Assembly: GCA_022428285.1 (NCBI GenBank)
Contig: JAKMCX010000099.1
Span: 1-63,872, forward strand
DNA length: 63,872 nt
Direction of reading: 5' to 3'
Origin: Flavobacteriales bacterium
GTDB taxonomy: Bacteria > Bacteroidota > Bacteroidia > Flavobacteriales_D > Sanyastnellaceae
Below are positions 1-10,200 of this stretch, piece after piece; within the stretch, counting starts at the first letter, position 1, and each line of letters starts with the position of its first letter. The notes beneath the pieces are model-generated. The model did no database searches and had not been told where the DNA came from. It saw only the letters and a program-made list of their open reading frames with translations. The position numbers and the translations under genes were made by a program.

Positions 1-1
1 G

Positions 2-805
2 CGTTGGGCAGCAGCGGCATTTCGCGGAGGCTGGGTGGGCCGGTTGAGTGCCCTCAAAACTTGGTCGCGGGATTGGGAGGCCCATGCTCAGTTGGAGCGG
101 GACCATCCCCTGCATCCAAAGTGGCGCAGCGGTGAGGTGCGCGCAACACCTCTTGATCCCGAAGCATTGCCGGGCATCTTGTGGAAGGGCGGCATCGCAT
201 TCAATGGACGGTGGAGCGGTTGGGTGCGCATGGAGGTCCGGTGGTGGGGGCCGCCACCACACCGCGCGCGTCGGCGGACCGCATTGCGCATCGAAAGGCG
301 GGGTCACCGATTGGACATCAGGACGTTCATCGAACCAAAGGTGTCCTTCCAAGCGGGAACGGAAAATGGCGCCTTGGGCGGGCACCATTGGTCGGCGCTG
401 TGGCGCACATTGAACAGCCCTTCGCACAGGGATGCGCCGATTTGGCGGTGGTGCATCAGTGCATCTGGAAGGGGCAGGTCGGTGGGCTTGGCCGTGGCCT
501 TCATGGCGTCATGGAACACCCAAGACAACGGCCGTTGGCGGCTGGGGGTGGCCCAGTCTTGGGGGGAGGAAGGTGCACCTGTTCGCTACCTCCAAGGATG
601 GGATGGCAGGCCATCAGAACCGTTTTCCAAGTCGGGGGTCAAGGCCTATTTGAGGTGGAGATCGGACAGCGGATCATGGAACCTCAGGGCGCGCTTGGGG
701 TGGACATCGGGTGTTACAGCAGAAGAAAAGGGGGGCGTGTCTCACGGAATCCACGCATTTCGGGTGGAATTCAAACCGCCTTGGCCTTCGGTGCGCCATA
801 GGTAG
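2..805 (+). CDS. Uncertain: possible 3' end of a gene starting outside the window (Trp/Arg-rich product, unknown function); could equally be a pseudogene or non-coding
   Basis: The frame of listed ORF 35..805 is open from base 2 to the TAG at 803-805. The C-terminal part has alternating hydrophobic runs (VGLAVAFMASW, RWRLGVAQSW, HAFRVEFK). However, all three forward frames are open here and the composition is abnormal. Confidence 0.25.
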   Translation, partial: RWAAAAFRGGWVGRLSALKTWSRDWEAHAQLERDHPLHPKWRSGEVRATPLDPEALPGILWKGGIAFNGRWSGWVRMEVRWWGPPPHRARRRTALRIERRGHRLDIRTFIEPKVSFQAGTENGALGGHHWSALWRTLNSPSHRDAPIWRWCISASGRGRSVGLAVAFMASWNTQDNGRWRLGVAQSWGEEGAPVRYLQGWDGRPSEPFSKSGVKAYLRWRSDSGSWNLRARLGWTSGVTAEEKGGVSHGIHAFRVEFKPPWPSVRHR

Positions 806-878
806 CCGCTATATTGCAGGACGCTCTAGAGGCGATCTCCAATAAAGGAGAGGCTCAAAAGCGACATACCTCAACCAT

Positions 879-1445
879 ATGGCAACCACTTCCGATATCA
901 AGAACGGTTTGTGCCTGCGCCACCAAGGCGGGCTTTACCAGGTCCTCGAATTCCTTCACAAGAAGACGGCACGGGGTTCCGGCAATGTCTGGACCAAAAT
1001 GAAAAACTTGGAGAACGGCAAAATCATTGAGCATTCCTACAACACAGGAGCCAAGGTTGATGTGATCCGGGTCGAGACGCGCGAACACACCTTTCTGTAC
1101 GAGGATGACATGGGGTACAACTTCATGAACACCGAGTCTTTTGAGCAAATTCTCTTGGAGAAGCACCTCATCGACAACCCTCATTTCCTCCAGGATGAAA
1201 TGAAGTGCTTGATTGTGTTTCATGCCGATGAGGAGCGTCCGCTCAGCGCCTCTTTGCCCAGCCACATTGAGGCAGAGGTGACCTACACCGAACCCGGTGT
1301 CAGAGGCGATACGGCGACGAACACGTTCAAACCAGCCACCATCGATACCGGTGCTGAGGTGCGGGTGCCCTTGTTCATCAATACAGGTGACCGCATCAAG
1401 GTGGACACCCGCACGGGCGACTACTCCGAACGGGTCAAGAAGTGA
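879..1445 (+). CDS. efp: Translation elongation factor P (unusual Arg32 loop variant)
   Basis: 188 aa with ATG start. Full-length EF-P-like sequence (MATTSDIKNGL..EFLH..TKMKNL; ..TYTEPGVRGDTATNTFKPATIDTGAEVRVPLFINTGDRIKVDTRTGDYSERV). Confidence 0.96.
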   Translation: MATTSDIKNGLCLRHQGGLYQVLEFLHKKTARGSGNVWTKMKNLENGKIIEHSYNTGAKVDVIRVETREHTFLYEDDMGYNFMNTESFEQILLEKHLIDNPHFLQDEMKCLIVFHADEERPLSASLPSHIEAEVTYTEPGVRGDTATNTFKPATIDTGAEVRVPLFINTGDRIKVDTRTGDYSERVKK

Positions 1446-1451
1446 CCCTTC

Positions 1452-2675
1452 ATGGCCTCTGACCTTCGGACCAAAAAACGACTGGACCGCCTGAGACAGC
1501 AGGCGGATGCACTGTTAGAGCTGACGCAGGCGATCAACCGCAATGTGCCAGACGGGGCGCTTTTTGCGCTGTATCAGCGGTGTCTCGAAAGCATGGGTGT
1601 GGGCAAACTGGCTTTGTTTTCCCGCAGCCAAGAGGAGACCGTTTGGGGGTGTTTGATTGAATGGGGTTACCCCACAAGCCTGCCCAAACTTGCCAATGCC
1701 TCTGAGGTCCTCTCGGGCAAGGCCCACGCCATCGTTGCAGGGGACACGGAGGTGGAGTTCGATCTGGCCATTCCCGTTGAACACGACGGCGATGTCATCG
1801 CCTATGTGGTCATGGGGGACAGAGAAGAAGGCCGCGGCATGAGCCCTTCGATCCGCTATGTGCGGTTCATCACCACACTGACCAATGTTTTGGTGGTGGC
1901 CCTCCGCAACCGCGAATTGACAGCAGAGCGCATTCGAACGGCAGGTTTGGAGCGAGAATTGGCGTTGGCGGGCGAAATGCAGTCCATGCTCCTTCCGAGC
2001 AACCTGCCCAACGATGGGCACCGTTCATTTTCGGCGCGGTACCGGCCACACCACCATGTGGGTGGGGATTACTACGACGCTGTAGAGCTGCCCGATGGCC
2101 GGATGGCCATCGCCATGGCAGACGTGAGTGGAAAGGGCATGCCAGCGGCCTTTCTAATGTCCAACTTTCAGGCGCACCTGCACGCCCACTTGGACCGCAA
2201 CACGGGGCCGATCGATGGTGTTGTCAAGTCGCTCAATGACCGTGTTTTTGGCAGCGCAGGCGGGGAGCGCTTCATCACGCTGTTTCTGGCCATTCACGAC
2301 CCCGTCAAGCGGGTCATTGACTATGTGAATTGTGGCCACAACCCCCCCTTATTTGTGCCAGCCAAAGGCCCAGGGACATTCCTGGGAGAAGGGTGTCCAG
2401 GTCTGGGCATGCTGGACTTATTGCCTGAAGTTGGCGCAGGCCAACTCATGGTTGAAGCGGGGTCAAAACTCGTATGCTTCACCGATGGATTGGTAGAGCA
2501 AGAGAACACCAGTGGCGAGGCCTATGGTGAGCACCGATTGCAACAGTTGGTAGAGAAGGAAAGAAGTTCAGGCTGCGAGGTGCTGAACACCAGCATTATC
2601 GTGGATTGGGAGCAACACCGAGGTGTGGCTGATCCCGCAGACGACACGGCCCTGCTTACCGTTCATTTTTCTTGA
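1452..2675 (+). CDS. PP2C-family (SpoIIE/RsbU-like) serine phosphatase with N-terminal sensor-like region
   Basis: 407 aa. The C-terminal half has GGDYYD, ADVSGKGMPAAF, NCGHNPP and FTDGL motifs typical of SpoIIE-type PP2C phosphatases. Confidence 0.85.
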   Translation: MASDLRTKKRLDRLRQQADALLELTQAINRNVPDGALFALYQRCLESMGVGKLALFSRSQEETVWGCLIEWGYPTSLPKLANASEVLSGKAHAIVAGDTEVEFDLAIPVEHDGDVIAYVVMGDREEGRGMSPSIRYVRFITTLTNVLVVALRNRELTAERIRTAGLERELALAGEMQSMLLPSNLPNDGHRSFSARYRPHHHVGGDYYDAVELPDGRMAIAMADVSGKGMPAAFLMSNFQAHLHAHLDRNTGPIDGVVKSLNDRVFGSAGGERFITLFLAIHDPVKRVIDYVNCGHNPPLFVPAKGPGTFLGEGCPGLGMLDLLPEVGAGQLMVEAGSKLVCFTDGLVEQENTSGEAYGEHRLQQLVEKERSSGCEVLNTSIIVDWEQHRGVADPADDTALLTVHFS

Positions 2676-4125
2676 CCTCCAAGTCAATCACGACGAGGAT
2701 GGCCATGAATCCCCAGAAGGGGGCGCTGGCCTTGTCGGTGTCGAGGTAGTTGTTCAGCACCCCGTGGATGAAGTAGGTCATCAGTCCCAAATAGACCGAC
2801 ATCGCCCAATAAGCCCGCCACCGGTCGCGGTCGCGCAGGGCCCGGTACGTTCGAAACCCCATGTTACAGCATGCAAGGAGGATCCCCAATACGATGAGGG
2901 TCCCGGGGATGCCTTGCTCTGCCAGCGGGCCCAAGTATTCGCTGTGGGCGTTGCCGCGGTCGGCATTGTTGGTCGAAATAATGGTGCGGTGTTCGGACCG
3001 CTGGTGGGGTGCGTAGACAAATTGGTAGGTACCCGGTCCCCAGCCTGTAAGCGGACGTTCAGACCACAGGCTAAGGGCGCAGCTCCAGCGGTTGATCCGC
3101 TCTAGATTGGAAGCATCACTGGATACATTGCTGATCGACTCGACGTGCTCTGTGAGGTCGTCTGAAGAGTCTTGGTCATTGCGCTCCAAGGAGATGAGCA
3201 ACTGGTCCCAAGAGAGAAACAGCAAGCCTGCTGCCAATACCCCGATGGCAATCAAGGTGCGCAATTTGACACCCAGCCGCATCAAAACCCCCAATGCCGC
3301 CGCCGCCGCCAGAGACACCCAAGCAGCGCGTGTAAAGGAGAGGACTAGGCCCAAAGTGAGCACCACAAAAGCCACCCCGATGCCAAGTTTTCCAATGGCC
3401 TGACGGTTGGGCTTGAGCAGCAAAGCGAGCACCGGAAACCAGAACATGGCCAAGACAGCACCGTAGCTGGTGTGGTCCTTGAAAAAAGGGTCCATGACCC
3501 AATGGCCGGCTTGTTTTTCAAAGCCATAACCAGCGTGCCTGACCACCGTGTATACAATGACGGCAAGAAGGGGCAACAGGTACAGCAGGACAAAGTGCTC
3601 TTGCCGGGCACGGCGCCGAACAATGGGGGCGAGCAGGAAAAAGAACCCCACGACAAACCATGCCCTGGCGATGGTGAATTTGAGCGAAACCAACGGATCC
3701 CACGACAAAAGCGTGGTCACGATGAGCCACAGGAACATGGCCTGCAACCAGCGTGAAATGGGGTGCCTTTCCAGGTCCACATCCATGCCGATTCCGCGCA
3801 ACCTGTCGAGCAGAAACAGCAGCAGCAGCCCAAACAAAATGGGCTCTGTGGGGAGGTAGAGCCCGACCCCTCCAATCTCGAGCTGTTCCAAATTCAAACT
3901 GAGCGGCACTGTGGCCACGAGGCCCAAAAGCAGCAGATCGCGTCTCGACAGCGCCAAGCCCACAATGCCCAGAACCAGAGGCAGGGCTGCCAACGCATAA
4001 AATTCTTGGGAGATCGCCCAAAAGAGCAAGGCGCCAAAACCCAGTATGACCGCTGCCGTTCCGCCGGAAATCGGAGAACGGGGAGGGGCCAATACAGGGC
4101 GCTTTGCCTTGGGCGCGGGGTTCAT
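2656..4125 (-). CDS. O-antigen ligase / Wzy-like polytopic membrane protein
   Basis: 489 aa with many hydrophobic spans and a Wzy_C-like segment (FTRAAWVSLAAAAALG). ATGA start/stop overlap with the upstream Wzz-like gene. Confidence 0.65.
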   Translation of the reverse strand: MNPAPKAKRPVLAPPRSPISGGTAAVILGFGALLFWAISQEFYALAALPLVLGIVGLALSRRDLLLLGLVATVPLSLNLEQLEIGGVGLYLPTEPILFGLLLLFLLDRLRGIGMDVDLERHPISRWLQAMFLWLIVTTLLSWDPLVSLKFTIARAWFVVGFFFLLAPIVRRRARQEHFVLLYLLPLLAVIVYTVVRHAGYGFEKQAGHWVMDPFFKDHTSYGAVLAMFWFPVLALLLKPNRQAIGKLGIGVAFVVLTLGLVLSFTRAAWVSLAAAAALGVLMRLGVKLRTLIAIGVLAAGLLFLSWDQLLISLERNDQDSSDDLTEHVESISNVSSDASNLERINRWSCALSLWSERPLTGWGPGTYQFVYAPHQRSEHRTIISTNNADRGNAHSEYLGPLAEQGIPGTLIVLGILLACCNMGFRTYRALRDRDRWRAYWAMSVYLGLMTYFIHGVLNNYLDTDKASAPFWGFMAILVVIDLEVKKNER

Positions 4126-5114
4126 CGGATGGCGTCTCGCATCAACAAAAACACGAGGGCTGCCAATGCCAATGAAACGGCCCCCATCACGGTGATCAGC
4201 CAGCGCACAGGGCGGGCTTTTTTGTCGGAAGCTGCGGCGCGGTCCACCACAAATGCAGCGGGGATTTGCGATTCCGCATCGAGCTTGTTGAGGTCGTAAC
4301 GCTTCTTGAGAACGGCCTCTTGCTCGTAAGCATCTTCGAGCTTGGTGGTCAGCTGGTTGTATTCATTGGCATACGGTGCCAACCGCTCCATTTTAGATTG
4401 AATGTTCTCGGCCCGGGTGGTTTGACCCTCGGCCAAGGCTGTGGCATACTGCTCGTTGAGTCCTTCGATTTGGATGGGAAAATCGTAGATGCCCACGCTG
4501 CGCAAGTCGCCGAGCCGCCCCTCCATTTCCTTGATTTCGTTTTGGTTTTGACGCAGTGACCGGTCTGCATACCGCAGGGCTTCACTGGCGCGATCGTTGC
4601 GCAGTTGGTTGGCCACAGAGTCGGTCAGTTGGGCAATGTCATTGGCCATGTTGCGGGCCATTTCAGGTGCGGAATCATAGACGTCGATGCGGATGGAGCC
4701 ATATCGGGTCAGGCTTGCTCCGACTTTTCCGGCGTACACCTTGGCCATCGCAGCCTGCGCCCCAGTTTGCCCCCGGTCAATGCTGTAATGCGTCCAGAGG
4801 TCGTACTTCTCGATGACCCTTCTTCGGATGCGGTCCGAATTCAAGATCTGCAACAAGCGCTCTGCATCCTCGGTTTCTCCGTAGGCCAGGATGTCCTCCC
4901 TTTTGACTTCCTCATAGAATTGGGCTCCAATGGACTGTTGCGGCAAGGCAAACAGCACCACAGAGGATTGAAATTCAGGTTCAATCAAAAAAGAGGCAGC
5001 TGCACTGATCAATCCGCCCAGCAGTCCGGCGATAATCAGAGGTTGTCGCCAGTCCCAAACCCTGCGCAGCAAGGTGGTGTCTTGGACATTGTTGTTGGAT
5101 GAGGTCATATCCAT
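4122..5114 (-). CDS. Wzz-like polysaccharide chain-length determinant (no kinase domain)
   Basis: N-terminal TM (LIIAGLLGGLISAAASFLI), then EPEFQSSVVL, a long helical periplasmic region and a C-terminal TM (WLITVMGAVSLALAALVFLL). The first ATG is at 5114; the listed ORF starts at TTG 5147. Confidence 0.6.
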   Translation of the reverse strand: MDMTSSNNNVQDTTLLRRVWDWRQPLIIAGLLGGLISAAASFLIEPEFQSSVVLFALPQQSIGAQFYEEVKREDILAYGETEDAERLLQILNSDRIRRRVIEKYDLWTHYSIDRGQTGAQAAMAKVYAGKVGASLTRYGSIRIDVYDSAPEMARNMANDIAQLTDSVANQLRNDRASEALRYADRSLRQNQNEIKEMEGRLGDLRSVGIYDFPIQIEGLNEQYATALAEGQTTRAENIQSKMERLAPYANEYNQLTTKLEDAYEQEAVLKKRYDLNKLDAESQIPAAFVVDRAAASDKKARPVRWLITVMGAVSLALAALVFLLMRDAIR

Positions 5115-5247
5115 GGTGTGCAAAATCGGGTTGCAGTTCTGTTCCAAGGCGCAAGATGCACCGGACTATTGGCCCAACGTCAACCCGAGACAAACCGTAT
5201 CTGCATTGTTTCAACTTTTGCACTTGAGCAGGTCGTAATTTGGTCCC

Positions 5248-6447
5248 ATGGCAGTGGTGGCGATCAATACCCGCTTGGTGGTTCCAGGCAAACTGGATGG
5301 CATTGGTTGGTTCACGCTGGAGACCGTTCAGCGCATGACAGCGGCGCACCCAGAGCACCAGTTTCACCTGCTCTTCGACCGGGAACCGCCCGAAGATTTG
5401 TTTCCTGGAGCCAACGTAGAGTGCCATTGGGTGTGGCCTCCAGCCCGCCGCCCATTCCTATTGGACATCTGGTTCGATTGGGCGGTTCCCCGGATTTTGA
5501 AAAGAGTAAAAGCGGACATTTTTGTGTCCCCAGATGGTTTTTTGAGCAGCAAAACCAACGTTGCTCAGGTTGCGGTGCAGCACGATTTGAACTTTGAGCA
5601 CCACCCTGAGTGGTTGCCAGAAGGCGTGGCCAAGCATTACAAACGGCGCTTTCCAAGTGCCGCCAAGCGCGCCACCAGGATCGCTACAGTGAGCCAGTTC
5701 AGTGCCGACGACATCCACAACCGTTATGGGGTCGCCCGAGACCACATAGATGTGGTCTACAATGGCGCAGGCAGTGTGTATCACAGCGCACCGCTTGGAG
5801 CCAATGCACAGCAGCAAGCCCGTTTGGTGCGCCAGAAGTATACCAACGGACAGCCCTTTTTCGTGTTCGTCGGAACCCAGCACCCCCGAAAAAACCTGCA
5901 GGGATTGATGCAGGCTTTCAGCGCGTATCGCGCCCAAGGCGGGAAATGGGACCTCATGTTGGTGGGAACTGCTTTGTGGCGCCGGCGGCGGTTTGATGCG
6001 CGCCGCTCCATGGATGAACTCCCGGGACATGTTCGCGACCATGTGCACACCTCGGGGTGGTTGGCCCAAGATGAGCTCGCCCAAGTGCTGTCTTCTGCAG
6101 GAGCGCTGGTGTTCATTCCATGGTTCGAAGGTTTTGGAATCCCCATGGTCGAGGCTTTTGCTGCTGGAACCCCGGTCATTCACGGCAACCGGACCTCCTT
6201 GCCTGAAGTGGCCAACGGGGCTGGAATCGAGGTCGACCCTGGGGACGCCGAACAAGTAGCCCGTGCCATGCGTCAAATCGAAGAAGGGCCGGCGCTCAGG
6301 GCTGATTTGATCGAAAAAGGCAGGGACCGGGCGGATGATTTTAGCTGGGAAAGAACCTCTTCTTTGTTGTGGTCGTGCATTGCCAAGGCTGGATCGGAAG
6401 CGGGCATTGACATCGTGGACGAGCAAGCCGCACAAGTGTCATTCTGA
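5248..6447 (+). CDS. GT-B glycosyltransferase (family 1/4 type)
   Basis: 399 aa with E-x7-E motif EGFGIPMVEAFAAGTPVI. Divergent from the Wzz/Wzy-like pair. Confidence 0.85.
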   Translation: MAVVAINTRLVVPGKLDGIGWFTLETVQRMTAAHPEHQFHLLFDREPPEDLFPGANVECHWVWPPARRPFLLDIWFDWAVPRILKRVKADIFVSPDGFLSSKTNVAQVAVQHDLNFEHHPEWLPEGVAKHYKRRFPSAAKRATRIATVSQFSADDIHNRYGVARDHIDVVYNGAGSVYHSAPLGANAQQQARLVRQKYTNGQPFFVFVGTQHPRKNLQGLMQAFSAYRAQGGKWDLMLVGTALWRRRRFDARRSMDELPGHVRDHVHTSGWLAQDELAQVLSSAGALVFIPWFEGFGIPMVEAFAAGTPVIHGNRTSLPEVANGAGIEVDPGDAEQVARAMRQIEEGPALRADLIEKGRDRADDFSWERTSSLLWSCIAKAGSEAGIDIVDEQAAQVSF

Positions 6448-7028
6448 TGGGGTTGAAGTTGCATGCGCTCAAAGGCCGCACAGAAGCGGGAGTGGATGAA
6501 GCGGGACGGGGCTGTCTGGCCGGACCAGTGACGGCTGCGGCTGTCATTCCCGGCAAAGCAGGCAAGGCTTGGATGCGGGCAGGGCTCAACGACAGCAAGC
6601 AGCTCAATGCCACCACCCGACAGGACCTCAGGGTCCGGATTGAATCGGAAGCCGCGGCCTGGGCTGTGGGTTGGGCGACGGTCGAAGAGATCGAAACACT
6701 GAACATCCTCAAGGCTTCCCATTTGGCCATGCACAGGGCCATCGATGCTTTGCAAGTGGAGCCAGAATTTTTGTTGATCGATGGGAACAGGTTCGAGGCC
6801 CATGCCATTCCTCACTCTTGCGAAATCAAGGGAGATGGACGGTTTTTGTCGATCGCCGCAGCCAGTGTGTTGGCCAAGACCCACCGGGACGCATTGATGC
6901 TCAACCTGGCTGCAGAATTTCCAGTGTATGGCTGGGACCGCAGCAAAGGGTATCCCACGAAAGCACACAAAGCCGCACTGTCTGTGCACGGCACTTGCGT
7001 CCACCACAGGAAGACCTTTAAATGGTGA
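6447..7028 (+). CDS. rnhB: Ribonuclease HII
   Basis: 193 aa with GVDEAGRGCLAGPV active-site motif. The start overlaps the upstream stop (TGATG). Confidence 0.93.
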   Translation: MGLKLHALKGRTEAGVDEAGRGCLAGPVTAAAVIPGKAGKAWMRAGLNDSKQLNATTRQDLRVRIESEAAAWAVGWATVEEIETLNILKASHLAMHRAIDALQVEPEFLLIDGNRFEAHAIPHSCEIKGDGRFLSIAAASVLAKTHRDALMLNLAAEFPVYGWDRSKGYPTKAHKAALSVHGTCVHHRKTFKW

Positions 7029-7214
7029 GGTCAAGTTCCGGCCCGTCAGGGTTTTGTAAACAGAATTGAGGGCGCTTATCGATGGCAGTGAGTCTTTGGG
7101 AGTCTCATTATCCGGGCCCATGTTACCAATCGGTTAATCAGTGCGTTGGATTACTTATTCAAGAGAACACCGCCCTTAATTTGCGGTTGATTATCCGTAA
7201 CCTAGAACCCACGT

Positions 7215-10200
7215 ATGCGCACCTTTTTACTGTCTATTGCAGTTCTTTTGACTGCTGCCCTCTCTGCCCAAACGGCCCATTTGGCCATGTTAGCAGACCC
7301 CACCGATGCTTCGAATGCTCGGTTCGTCAAAATCGCCAACAACTCAGGCTCCCCAGTGGACTTGTCCGGCTGGTACCTCAAAAGGTGGACCAACGGAAAC
7401 TTGGACCCACAGTCCAGCCAGATCAGCCTGACTGACCTCGGTACGTTAAATGATGGCAGCTGTGTCTACATCGCACAATCAGCTTCTGGTTTTGAAGGTG
7501 CGTACGGGTTCGCACCGGACTTGGTAGGCGGCACTGGCGGCGCGGTTGACAGCAATGGAGACGACCAAGTTGCCCTCTACGATGGTGGCGACAACATCGT
7601 TGACTTCTTCGGCGTGATTGGCGAGGACGGTTCAGATACCTGCCATGACTTCGAAGATGGGTATGCCTTGCGCACCACATCTGCTCCTGACGGAGCCACT
7701 TGGATTGGAGCCAATTGGACCATCTACAGTGATTTTTCGAATGCGACAGGATGTGTAGACCACAACCCGAACCAAGAGCAAACCGCGGCAGACATTGCCT
7801 TGCTCGTGAGCGAATGCGGCGCCAACGTGGTGTCTGACGACAACGCATGCGGCGTGAGCGGTGTGGTGGTGGAAGCTGGCGCTTATTTCTACGCACCTGC
7901 TGACCTCGAAGTGGCCATTGGCGACACAGTGGTCTGGGTCAACGTGGGAGGTTCTCACGATGTCAACGGCAACATCTCTGCGTTGACTGGAAATTCATAT
8001 GGAAATCCAGAAGCGTTCTCCTTGGCGGTCGCATCGGGCGGAACTGCAGAAGCTCCGACCTGCATCGGCAGCTACACCTTTACAGTACCCGGCGTCTACA
8101 ACTACGATTGCTCTGTCGGAAACCACGCCTCCTTGGGCATGGTCGCGACCGTGACGGTTGGAACTGGAGGTTGCACAGACAGCACAGCAACGAACTACAA
8201 TGCAGGCGTCGACTTCGAAGACGGCTCTTGCACTTTCCCATCTGCTGCCACCATCAGTGCCATCCAACAGGACATGGGCGCCGATGACGACGGCACGTTC
8301 GACGGCCAAGAAGTGACCGTTTCTGCGATCGTCACCGGCGTCTATGGCAGCAACACCTCCATTCAGGATGGAGAGGGTCCTTGGAGCGGCATTTTTGTCT
8401 ACGTCAGCGGTGGATTGCTCGACGGGGTCACTCCAGTTGCAGTCGGCGACAGCGTCATGGTCACAGGAACCGTCGGAAGTTTCAGCGGCGGCACGCAGCT
8501 GTCTTCGGCCAGCGCAACCATCCTCAACAGCGGCAACGCCCTTCCAGCCCCAGCGGTTCTGTCTACTGCAGACGCCAACCTTGAGGAGTACGAAGGCGTA
8601 CTGTGTCAGGTCACAGGTGCCATCACAGGCGAGGTCAACAACTTCGGCGAATTCCCCATCGACGACGGCTCAGGCAACCACAATGTGGATGACCTCGGCT
8701 ACGACGGGTACACGGAGCAAGGCGCAATGATCGGCGACAGCTACCGCGTAACCGGAGCCATCAACGGCGGTTTCGGAAACAGCATTGAGCCACGCGATGC
8801 AGACGACTTCCAAAAGCTCGGCTGCACCAACCCAGCGGCCGACAACTACGACGCAAACGCCATCATCGATGACGACAGCTGCAACGTCGTAGACGGAGCG
8901 ATTGCCATCTCTACCATTCAACAGGGACAGTCATTGGACCCCCCCGTTTTCACAGATTCATTGGTGACAGTGAGCGGCACTGTGACGGGTGTCTACGGCA
9001 GCCTGTTCAGCGTCCAGCAGGGCCAAGGTGCCAACAGCGGCATCTTCGGATTCAACCCAGAGGTGGCACTGACCATTGGTGATTTTGTGAGCCTGACAGG
9101 TGTGGTGAACGAGTACTTCGGACTCACCCAACTGGAAGGCGTGGATGGCAACCCCATCGCGACCAGTATTTTGAGCCAAGGCAACGATTTGCCTGCGGTG
9201 GAAGTGCTTGGAACAGGCGCTGCCAACATGGAAGAGTGGGAGGCTGTCCTCGTGCAGTCTACTGGAACAGTATCCTCTCCAGACCTCGGAAATGGGGAGT
9301 GGGGCATGGACGATACATCTGGAGAGCTCCGGGTCGACGACCGTGGATGGGACCACCAAACCACCGGAGAGGTGGTCATCAATGCCCAGTTCCAAGTGAC
9401 CGGTCCTTTGCACTACAGCTTTGGCAACTACAAGCTGCTCCCGCGCGATGAAGCCGATGTCCTCTTGTACGGTTGCGTGCTGCCCAACGCAGACAACTAC
9501 ACGCCTGGATCGGACATTGACGATGGTTCATGCACAGGCAGCGAGCCTTGCAACCTGTTCTTCAGTGAATGTGCAGAGGGGTCGAGCAACAACAAGTACT
9601 TGGAGGTATACAACCCCACAAGCAGCCCAGTGAGCCTCGCTCTGTATACGATTGCCAGCCAGTCCAACGGAGCCAACAACACCGATCCTGCAGCCGAGGA
9701 GTGGGATTTCTGGAACGACATCTTCCCAACAGGCGGTTCCTTGGCCGCGGGCGAGACGTTCATGATTGTTCACCCATCGGCCGATGCAGCTTTGCTCGAC
9801 AGCGCCGATGCCACCTGGCAGTTCCTGTCCAACGGAGATGATGCTTTTGCACTCATGTTCAGCGCCACAGCATCCTTTGGAAACGGAGGGGATTGGGACT
9901 TGCTCGATGTGATTGGAGAGCCTTACGGTTTGGACCCCGGTTCCGCTTGGGACGTTGCGGGTGTGACCAACGGCACCCAAAACCACACTTTGCGACGCAA
10001 GTCCAATATTTCGTTCGGAAATGGAGGGGACTGGACCACCAGTGCCGGCACTTCTGCAGAAGACAGCGAGTGGATTGTCCTCGACAACGACTACGCGCTG
10101 AACAACGGACTGGACGGCTTCAATAGCCATGAATTTACCGGTTTGTGTGCCACCAGTTCTGAAGGCTGCACAGATCCGCTCGCATTGAACTACGATCCAA

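Noticed and set aside
2656-2675. Convergent 3' overlaps: phosphatase / Wzy-like (20 nt), transporter / lipoprotein (13617-13642, 26 nt), folC / haloperoxidase-like (41229-41241, 13 nt)
   Set aside because: Short convergent overlaps are ordinary in compact genomes. No structure or extra ORF is associated with them.
5118-5223. 8-bp inverted repeat GTGCAAAA / TTTTGCAC flanking the divergent promoter region of the polysaccharide genes
   Set aside because: The arms are about 90 nt apart and short, which is compatible with chance.
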